Positions 50,506 through 58,509 of a stretch of DNA of 64,000 nt are shown in pieces. This DNA is from an uncultured Arcobacter sp. Its GTDB lineage: Bacteria; Campylobacterota; Campylobacteria; Campylobacterales; Arcobacteraceae. The notes beneath the pieces are model-generated. The model was given only the letters and a program-made list of their open reading frames with translations, did no database searches and was not told the origin of the DNA. Where the stretch lies: contig OZ223300.1 of assembly GCA_965140705.1 (NCBI GenBank), forward strand, positions 1,120,001 to 1,184,000, in the 5' to 3' direction. The translations under genes were made by a program, and so were the position numbers. Every line of letters starts with the position of its first letter. Position 1 is the stretch's first letter.

Positions 50506-51219
50506 ATGAGTGAATATATTACAAAAGTATTATTAGTTGAAGATGAAGAAGATGCAAGGGAGATATTAAGTTTCTATCTTGATACTGTTTTTGATGAAGT
50601 AGAGATCGCCTGTGATGGAGAAGAGGGGTTTAAATTATATGAAAAAGCATACAATGAAAACAAAATCTTCGACTTGGTTTTAACAGATATCCAAATGCCA
50701 AATATGGATGGACTAACAATGATTGAAAAGATTACAAACATAAATGAAGATCAAAAGTTTATAATAGTATCAGCCTATAAAGATGAAGAGTATCTTTTCA
50801 AATCAATAAATTTAAATGTTATATCATATTTTGTAAAACCTTTGGAAGTAAAGAATATGATGGTGATGTTAAAGAAAGTAAAATCAAAAGTTTTAGAAGA
50901 TAAATCAAATGTAATTGTTGAAGATGAATTAGTAGTTTTAAATAGTACATATAAATATAATAGAAAAACTAAACAACTTTATAAAAATGATGAGTTGGTT
51001 GATTTGACAAAAAAAGAGAAACTTCTAATAGAAGCTCTTGCAAAAAATATAAAAGAGATAAAAACAAAAGAATATCTAAAAGAGTTTATTTGGAATGATG
51101 CTAATACTTCTGATGCTACTATGCGTACGGTTATAAAAAGGGTTAAAGATAAGATTGCCGATGATGATTTTATTGTTTCTAAGAAAGGGTTGGGGTATTT
51201 GATTGAGAGGGGTAATTAA
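50506..51219 (+). CDS. OmpR-family response regulator
   Basis: VEDE, DIQMP, KP, winged helix ending KGLGY. Confidence 0.92.
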   Translation: MSEYITKVLLVEDEEDAREILSFYLDTVFDEVEIACDGEEGFKLYEKAYNENKIFDLVLTDIQMPNMDGLTMIEKITNINEDQKFIIVSAYKDEEYLFKSINLNVISYFVKPLEVKNMMVMLKKVKSKVLEDKSNVIVEDELVVLNSTYKYNRKTKQLYKNDELVDLTKKEKLLIEALAKNIKEIKTKEYLKEFIWNDANTSDATMRTVIKRVKDKIADDDFIVSKKGLGYLIERGN

Positions 51220-51358
51220 ATATTGTTATACACCCCTGATATATTTAATATTTTGATAAGCTATTAAGGATATACGTCAATAATCCAACATGAAAATTAT
51301 ATAAATAATAGAAATGTTTATCTTTTAAAAAGAAGTTGCCGAAGGTATAGCAGAGGGA

Positions 51359-51598
51359 TCAGCATTTTTTTCTATTTTTGTATATTCCATACAATGTTAT
51401 AGTAATCCAAAAAACTTCTATCATAAAAGAGCCTAAATTAAAATGAACAATAAGAGATATGATAAGTAATATGGCTCCTGTAAGGTTTAAGATCTGAAAT
51501 TTCAATGTACTTGTCGTTGCTTTGTTTGTTTGCAATAAAAAGTATGCATACACGACAAAAAGCATACCAATAAAACCAATAATTTGAAATGCATCCAA
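51359..51598 (-). CDS. Small membrane protein (CBU_0592-like)
   Basis: 79 aa, three TM segments, AYFLLQ...LNLTG...IEVFW; TTG start. Confidence 0.7.
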   Translation of the reverse strand: MDAFQIIGFIGMLFVVYAYFLLQTNKATTSTLKFQILNLTGAILLIISLIVHFNLGSFMIEVFWITITLYGIYKNRKKC

Positions 51599-51837
51599 AA
51601 GAGTACCTACTTTAAAAAATTTGATTTGTAACTATAGCGAATTACCTTTAAATGTTACTAATTTATATCCATAATTTTCTGTTTGGATTAACTCTTTATA
51701 CATAACTTAAGCTCGTGTAATACGATCTAATAAAACTTACCTATCTTGTCACCATTCAGGTTTAAAGTATTAATAAGGGGTCAGACACCATTTGGCAACT
51801 TATCTGAGATAAACCTTAGTTTAGTATAGATTATAAT

Positions 51838-52436
51838 TCTCATGAAGACTTAGTAGTCTTCGCTTTTCTTACTTTTTACCCTTCGGGATTTAGTCACTAT
51901 CGTTCCTGCATGATCTCGAAAAAGTAAGCCTTGTGCTTGCACTCTCTTTGAGAAAAAAGACTGCCGAATTGATGAAGGCAAGCTTCCTTCCAGTTATACA
52001 TTTATTTCCTGCCCTGCAAAACTCACTAAAATGACCATTTAGGTCATTTCTTAACGCTCAAACAGTTTCGGGCTTTACCGAAAATAAACATCTAACTTCC
52101 AGCTTCATCAAAGGCAGAAAGAAAAGACGATAGTTTTAACTGCTAATTTATAAAGTAATATATAGACACCAAATGATATTGCTACATCTGCAGGAGCCGA
52201 ATGTTTATTTCTCTTTTCGGAAAAGACTTGTAACTGTTTGAACAGAACAAATATGCTAAAGAGCATATTTTTATGTGAGTTTTACAAGTCAGAAAAGATA
52301 AATAATAAATGAGGGAAGCTTTGCCTCCGAAGCCGTAGTTGTTTTTGCTTACTTTTCGTCAATACATGCTGGAACGAAGTGACTAAATCCTGAAAGGTAA
52401 AAGTAAGAAAGCGAAGAGGTTTACCTCTTCAAGAGA
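51838..52436 (+). mobile_element. Structured non-coding dispersed repeat, copy 2 (with two nested 33-34 bp inserts)
   Basis: Aligns to copies 1 and 3; terminal inverted repeats extended to ~90 bp by symmetric inserts at 51878-51911 and 52366-52398. Confidence 0.85.
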
Positions 52437-52479
52437 ATAAATATTTTGATTTACATTTTAATACTTTAAGTATATTATC

Positions 52480-52509
52480 TTGACATCATACCATACTGTA
52501 TGGTATGAT
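52480..52509 (+). promoter_or_regulatory. Sigma70-type promoter overlapped by a TetR-type operator
   Basis: TTGACA (52480-85), TGGTATGAT extended -10 (52501-09), perfect palindrome ATCATACCATAC-T-GTATGGTATGAT (52485-52509). Confidence 0.75.
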
Positions 52510-52526
52510 TATCAAAAAGGAACAAT

Positions 52527-53066
52527 ATGACAAAAGAAGATTGGATGGACTCATCTTTGAAATTAGTTTCAAAACATGGTGTTGATATATTAAAAATCGA
52601 TTCGCTCTGTAAAAAATTAAAAGTTACTAAAGGCTCTTTTTATCATCATTTCAAAAGTCACAAAATATTTATTGAAGAGATTTTAGAGTATTGGTACAAA
52701 ACTTTTACAATGGATATTATTGAGAAAAGTAAACAATTTGAAAATAATCCTCTAAAACAAATGGAGTTACTAAATAATACCATATATTCAAAAGACCTAA
52801 ATATTGAAATCGAATTTAGAGCTTGGGGTCTTAGAAATGAACTTGTTTTACCATATATGGAAAAGATTGATAAAGAACGAATTTTCATACTAAGAAATAT
52901 TCAAGATAAACTTAATCCTAATCTTGATGAAAAAATAAATGAAGAAATGACTTTGTTAATTTATTGTAAATTTCTTGGTACTTTATTTATTCAACCAAGA
53001 TTATCAAGTACTAGAAATAAAGAACTTGATGATTTTTTATTAAACTTAGTACTTTCTCATAAATGA
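52527..53066 (+). CDS. TetR/AcrR family regulator
   Basis: LKVTKGSFYHHF HTH. Confidence 0.9.
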   Translation: MTKEDWMDSSLKLVSKHGVDILKIDSLCKKLKVTKGSFYHHFKSHKIFIEEILEYWYKTFTMDIIEKSKQFENNPLKQMELLNNTIYSKDLNIEIEFRAWGLRNELVLPYMEKIDKERIFILRNIQDKLNPNLDEKINEEMTLLIYCKFLGTLFIQPRLSSTRNKELDDFLLNLVLSHK

Positions 53067-53164
53067 AAATTATAATTAAATTCTATAAAAGAATTGTCTC
53101 TTCTACTAAAACAAAATTATGCAGAGATATTTAAATGGCTAGTAAAATCAAATAAAGGTATAAA

Positions 53165-53527
53165 ATGAAAACATGGATTAGTAAATGGTTAATATTTGTA
53201 TCAACAGGTCATACTGTTGTTGGATTTTTGTTATTTGGAAATATTTATATGGAAATGTTTTTAAATGGATTATTTAAAACAGTTGATTCCGAAAGCACTG
53301 CCGCTGCAGCATGGTATTTACTTTTTGGGTTATTGTTGTTTATAGTGAGTTTTCTTATCTTTATTATAGAAAAGAATGATGCATTAGAAGTTCCAAACTC
53401 AATAGGAATAGCACTTTTTATGTTAACTACACTTGGAGTAATATTGATGCCTGCTTCTGGGTTTTGGTTAGTATATCCTGCTGCAATTGGTATTGTATTA
53501 AAAAATAAAAAACAAAGATTTAACTAG
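53165..53527 (+). CDS. Small membrane protein (DUF6463-like)
   Basis: Hydrophobic; HTVVG, W..LFG and MPASGFW motifs. Confidence 0.65.
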   Translation: MKTWISKWLIFVSTGHTVVGFLLFGNIYMEMFLNGLFKTVDSESTAAAAWYLLFGLLLFIVSFLIFIIEKNDALEVPNSIGIALFMLTTLGVILMPASGFWLVYPAAIGIVLKNKKQRFN

Positions 53528-54381
53528 TGTTTAAGTTTATAAAAAAACTGTTGGTTTTAGTCTTTATATTAGTTTTACAGGTATTAATATATTTTATTTT
53601 TATAGAACCTATAATTACACAATGGGGAGCTTCAAAAGAAGAGGTATCCATGCCAATGGTGGGTGATAATGATAATTTAAACATCACATCAACTAGAGCA
53701 ATACAAATTGGTGCAAATAAACATATTATTTGGCAATCACTTATGCAATTAGGTGCTAATAGGCAAGGTTTTTATAGCTATGATTTTATTGAGCATGAAT
53801 TAGGAAATAAAGCTCAAGATCAAAGTATAAATAAATATAAAAACACTAATTTAAAAGTAGGAGATATTGTTCATGGTTCAAGAAATAAAGGAAGTGCTTT
53901 AAGTGTTTACAATTTTCAAGTACTTTATGTAAAACCAGAAGAAAGCCTTGTTTTAGAAAATTGGGGTACATTTTTAGTAAAAAGTATAAATGAAAAACAA
54001 TCTCGATTGATTGTTAGAACACAAGAAAAGAAAAGTGTTAATTTATGGACAAGTTTTAAAAATCATTTGATTATTCCATTTCATTATATAATGGAACGAC
54101 GAATGTTATTAGGTCTTAAAATGCACTCAGAACAAAGTAATAAATTTTCGCCTAATAATGACTTATTATGGTTTGGCGGAGTTGTTTCTTTATTTTGTTT
54201 GATTCTGTTGCTTTTTTTCAGACTAAAGGGAATTCTCCTTAAGATTATTATTACATCTTTTTTTGCTATTTTATGGCAAGTAATAGTATTTTTATTTGAA
54301 CCTAAATTTTTATATAGTGCAGTTTTATTAGTTATTATATGTTTTATACTCTTTAAAATCCGGGGACAGAATACCAATTAA
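53527..54381 (+). CDS. Hypothetical membrane protein with SRPBCC-like domain
   Basis: WGAS.EE, TRAIQI...IWQSLMQLG...GFYSYD, IMERRMLLGLK, C-terminal TM segments. Confidence 0.65.
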   Translation: MFKFIKKLLVLVFILVLQVLIYFIFIEPIITQWGASKEEVSMPMVGDNDNLNITSTRAIQIGANKHIIWQSLMQLGANRQGFYSYDFIEHELGNKAQDQSINKYKNTNLKVGDIVHGSRNKGSALSVYNFQVLYVKPEESLVLENWGTFLVKSINEKQSRLIVRTQEKKSVNLWTSFKNHLIIPFHYIMERRMLLGLKMHSEQSNKFSPNNDLLWFGGVVSLFCLILLLFFRLKGILLKIIITSFFAILWQVIVFLFEPKFLYSAVLLVIICFILFKIRGQNTN

Positions 54382-54444
54382 TTATAAATTGAAGTAGATT
54401 ACAGAAGTTGAAATTTCATTTTTTTCTAATATATGTTTTTATGC

Positions 54445-54974
54445 TCATGAATACCTAAAGGTATTCGCTTTTCTTACTTTTTGATCTCGAAAAAGTAAGC
54501 CTTGTGCTTGCACTCTCTTTGAGAAAAAAGACTGCCGAATTGATGAAGGCAAAGCTACCTTCCAGTTATATATTTATTTTCTGCCCTGCAAAACTCACTA
54601 AAATGACCATTTAGGTCATTTTTTAACGTTCAAACAGTTTCGGGCTTTACCGAAAATAAACATATAACTTCCAGCTTCATCAAAGGCAGAAAAAAATACC
54701 CATAGTTCAAATTTTTATTTATAAAGTAATATATAGACACCAAATAATATTGCTACATCTGCAGGAGCCGAATGTTTATTTCTCTTTTCGGAAAAGACTT
54801 GTAATTGTTTGAACAGAACAAATATGCTAAAGAGCATATTTTATGTGAGTTTTACAAGTCAGAAAAGATAAATAATAAATGAGGGAAGCTTTGCCTCCGA
54901 AGCCGTAGTTGTTTTTGCTTACTTTTCGTCAATACAAAAGTAAGAAAAGCGAAGAGGTTTACCTCTTCAAGAGA
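54445..54974 (+). mobile_element. Structured non-coding dispersed repeat, copy 3
   Basis: Direct repeat of copy 2 and inverted repeat of copy 1. Confidence 0.85.
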
Positions 54975-55116
54975 ATAAGTATTTTGAATTTATATTGTTT
55001 CATGTAGTTTACTTTTTAGGTGAATATATCTCTTTTGTTTCAAAATAACACGTTGTTTTATTTTTATAAAGTCCTATATAATGGTATTATTAATACAAAT
55101 TTTGAAATTTAAAACA

Positions 55117-55142
55117 ATTTTGAAACAATATTGTTTCAAAAT
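55117..55142. promoter_or_regulatory. Perfect 26-bp palindrome upstream of the TRAP operon, probable operator
   Basis: ATTTTGAAACAATATTGTTTCAAAAT immediately before a TGTTATACT extended -10-like motif. Confidence 0.65.
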
Positions 55143-55181
55143 ATGTTATACTTTTCTTGTACAAAAACAAAGGAGAATAAC

Positions 55182-56195
55182 ATGTTTAAAAATTCGATTT
55201 TAAAAAAATTGTTGGCAACTTCAGTAATGACTGCAGCAATGTTAACAGGTGCAAATGCTGCAGAGAGTAAGTATGTAATTGCAACAGCAAGTACAGGGGG
55301 GACTTATTATCCAGTTGGTGTAGGTATTGCTACAATTGCTTCACTTAAATTAGCAAAAGACCATAAAGTTACGTTTTCTGCAATTACAAGTGCTGGAAGT
55401 AATGAAAATATTGATATGCTTGAAAAGGGTGAAGTTAACTTTGCTATTTTACAAGGACTATTTGGTTCAATGGCTTGGCAAGGGAAAGGTCAATATAAAG
55501 GTCATCCTAAAAAGAACTTAAGATCTATATCTATGTTATGGCAAAATGTTGAGCAATTTACAATTAAAAGTAAATATGCAAAAACTGGTAATATAAAAGA
55601 TATGAAAAATCTTTATGGTGAGAGATTCTCTATTGGTGGAAGAAGTTCAGGTTCAAGAGTTTCATCAGAGACTATATTAGAATCACTAGGAATTGATTTC
55701 AATAAAATGGACTTACAATATTTAGGATATAGTCCAAGTTCTACTGCACTTCAAGATGGAAAAGTACAAGGTATGACAACACCATCAGGACCTCCAACAT
55801 CAGCTGTTACAAATGCTTTTGCTTCAATTGGAAATGATAACATAAGAGTATTAGATTTCTCAAAAGATGATTTAGCAAAAATTGATGCAAATTATCCTGT
55901 TTGGACTCCATTTACTATAAAAGCTGGAACTTATCCTGGACAAACAAAAGATATCTATACAATAGCTCAACCAAATTTACTTGTTGTTACAAAAGATACA
56001 CCAGAAGAAGTTGTTTATTTATTAACTAAAACAATTTATGAAAATCTACCATTTTTAAATAGTGTACATAAAGCAACACTTGCTATGTCTTTACAAAAAG
56101 CAATAGATGGGTTACCAATGCCACTTCATAAAGGTGCTGCAAAATACTACAGAGAACAAGGTATCAAAATACCAGATTCTTTAATTGATAACTAA
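55182..56195 (+). CDS. TAXI family TRAP transporter solute-binding subunit
   Basis: Signal peptide, ATASTGGTYY, SAGSNEN, PLHKGA..YY; ATG after AAGGAG. Confidence 0.92.
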   Translation: MFKNSILKKLLATSVMTAAMLTGANAAESKYVIATASTGGTYYPVGVGIATIASLKLAKDHKVTFSAITSAGSNENIDMLEKGEVNFAILQGLFGSMAWQGKGQYKGHPKKNLRSISMLWQNVEQFTIKSKYAKTGNIKDMKNLYGERFSIGGRSSGSRVSSETILESLGIDFNKMDLQYLGYSPSSTALQDGKVQGMTTPSGPPTSAVTNAFASIGNDNIRVLDFSKDDLAKIDANYPVWTPFTIKAGTYPGQTKDIYTIAQPNLLVVTKDTPEEVVYLLTKTIYENLPFLNSVHKATLAMSLQKAIDGLPMPLHKGAAKYYREQGIKIPDSLIDN

Positions 56196-56225
56196 AAATA
56201 AAGAGAGTCTAACTCTCTTTATTTT
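56195..56225 (+). terminator. Intra-operon stem-loop after the solute-binding protein gene
   Basis: AAAATAAAGAGAG-tctaa-CTCTCTTTATTTT. Confidence 0.65.
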
Positions 56226-56285
56226 ATATCTTACATAAGTGATTTGAAATCATTTATGTAGCTTATAAATCTAAGGACAATAATC

Positions 56286-58241
56286 ATGATAAAAATAAAA
56301 TACTTTAAAGAAATAACATTTGCTTATGCCATATTAATTTCACTTTTTCACTTCTATATTAATATTTGGGGTGGGATTAGTGACTTGTGGTTTAATTCAG
56401 CCCATTTTGCACTTTTAGGATCACTTGGTTTCTTAACTTATGAAGCTAGTAAAGGTGAAGATAGAGTAAGTATATTAAATATTATTCTTGCTATCTTATC
56501 TCTAAGTACATTTGTATATATGATGTTATTTGAAGAGAGTTTATATTCAGTTGCTCACTCTCAAATGAGATTGAGTGATATTATAGTTGTTTCTATGACA
56601 ATAATTTTGGCAATAGAGTTAGTGAGAAGATATACAGGGTATATTATTCCAGCTCTTATAATACTAAGTATTTCTTATGTGTTATTCTTGGGACAATATT
56701 TTGAAGGTGTTTTTGCCTTTGGAGGAATGGATTTTGATAGATTTTTATATAGAATGTTTTATACAGGTGAGGGATTATTTGGTCCAATAGCCACTATTTC
56801 TTCAACATATGTATTTATGTTTATTCTATTTGCTGCTTTTTTATTGAAATCAGGAGCAGGGGACTTTATCGTAGATGTTTCAAATGCAGTTGCAGGTAAA
56901 TATACAGGTGGAACAGGTCATGTTGCAGTATTTTCTTCTGCACTTATGGGAACTATTTCAGGAAGTGCTGTTGCAAATACAGTGTCAACGGGGTCTATTA
57001 CAATTCCTATGATGAAAAGGGCAGGCTTTAAAGGAACTTTTGCCGCGGCAGTTGAAGCAGCAGCAAGTACAGGTGGACAAATCATGCCTCCGATTATGGG
57101 AGCAGGAGCTTTTATTATGGCTCAAATTACCCATATTCCATTTGTAACTATTATCTCTGTATCTGTATTACCTGCAATTTTATATTTTGCATCTATCTCT
57201 TTTTATATTCATATTCATGCAAAGGAACATAATATAAAAGGTGAAGATAATAATATTAAAGTTCTACCACTATTAAGAGAAGGTTTTCATTTTTTTATTC
57301 CAATTATAGTATTAGTTGGACTTTTGATTTATGGATATTCTCCAACTTATGCAGCATCAATTGCAATCGTTACTATTGTTTTTGCCTCATATTTGACAAA
57401 AAATAAAAGAATGGGACTAAAAGAGATATTAGAAGCCCTTGCCCTTGGTAGTCAAAACATGGTAGTAACTGGAATATTATTAGTCTCTGTTGGTATTATT
57501 GTTGGTGTTATTAATATATCTGGAATTGGAATCACTTTTTCTCAACTTATTATGGCATGGTCAGGAAACTCTTTACTTATAGCTATTATATTAATCGCAA
57601 TAGCTTCACTTATTTTGGGTATGGGATTACCTGTTACTGCATCATATGTAGTATTGTCAGTTTTAAGTGCACCTGCTCTTGTTGGTCTTATGTTAACTCC
57701 TGCTATGGCAACACTTGTTAATGCTGGAGTTCAAATCCCAGAAGCTGCAATGTACTTATTGTCAGCACATTTAATTATCTTTTGGTTATCTCAAGATTCA
57801 AATCTTACTCCACCTGTTTGTTTAGCAGCATTTGCAGCAGCAGCTATTGCAAAAACTCCTCCAATGCAAACTGGACTTGTGTCTTGGAAAATAGGTAAAG
57901 GTATGTATATTATTCCTTTATTATTTGCTTTTACTCCTCTTATAAATGGGGATTGGTTCGAGAGATTTGAAGTATTTATTTTCGCCTTCTTTGGGATTTT
58001 GTCTTTTTCTATTGTTATGGAAGGTTTTTGGGATAAAAAGATGATGATTTTAGAAAGAGTTGTATTTGCAGTTGCAACAATTTTATTATTAACAGAAGAT
58101 GAAGCTTATCATTTTGAGTCATTTTTTGGCATAGTACAAACTACGCATATTGCAGGATTTATTATCTTTGTTGTTTCTATGATATTACATAAAAAATTGT
58201 TTAAAGAACAAAAAACTTATGAATCAGCTAATTTGAATTGA
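56286..58241 (+). CDS. TRAP transporter fused 4TM/12TM permease
   Basis: GTISGSAVAN, ASTGGQIMPPIMGAGAF, GMGLP, TPPVCLA. Confidence 0.93.
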   Translation: MIKIKYFKEITFAYAILISLFHFYINIWGGISDLWFNSAHFALLGSLGFLTYEASKGEDRVSILNIILAILSLSTFVYMMLFEESLYSVAHSQMRLSDIIVVSMTIILAIELVRRYTGYIIPALIILSISYVLFLGQYFEGVFAFGGMDFDRFLYRMFYTGEGLFGPIATISSTYVFMFILFAAFLLKSGAGDFIVDVSNAVAGKYTGGTGHVAVFSSALMGTISGSAVANTVSTGSITIPMMKRAGFKGTFAAAVEAAASTGGQIMPPIMGAGAFIMAQITHIPFVTIISVSVLPAILYFASISFYIHIHAKEHNIKGEDNNIKVLPLLREGFHFFIPIIVLVGLLIYGYSPTYAASIAIVTIVFASYLTKNKRMGLKEILEALALGSQNMVVTGILLVSVGIIVGVINISGIGITFSQLIMAWSGNSLLIAIILIAIASLILGMGLPVTASYVVLSVLSAPALVGLMLTPAMATLVNAGVQIPEAAMYLLSAHLIIFWLSQDSNLTPPVCLAAFAAAAIAKTPPMQTGLVSWKIGKGMYIIPLLFAFTPLINGDWFERFEVFIFAFFGILSFSIVMEGFWDKKMMILERVVFAVATILLLTEDEAYHFESFFGIVQTTHIAGFIIFVVSMILHKKLFKEQKTYESANLN

Positions 58242-58419
58242 TGAAATAAAAGTCGAAAATATTATTAGTGATGATTTTAATGATATAAAGATATTTAAAT
58301 TTTCTGAAGGCTTTATATTTAATAGTCAAAATTATTTTATTAAGAATTTAAAGGAAGAGTATATTTTAACAGTGAGAGAAAATATATTTCTTCTTTTTTT
58401 CATGAAAAAAACTTCCTAA
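58240..58419 (+). pseudogene. Possible remnant of an OmpR-type response regulator (linker and start of the winged helix)
   Basis: Start-less 59-codon open frame ...FKFSEGFIFNSQNYFIKNLKEEYILTVRENIFL..., resembling the equivalent segments of the two intact regulators in this window. Confidence 0.35.
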
Positions 58420-58509
58420 ATATTTTGTAATAATAGTTTATGAACTTAGATATAGACTAAATAGAATTTATTTAAATTTCGAATTAATTGATAATATAGA
58501 AAGGTAATT

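Noticed and set aside
51825..54990. Target-site duplications around the repeat copies or the composite block
   Set aside because: Flanks are AT-rich and I could not find a convincing direct duplication; exact ends remain uncertain by a few bases.
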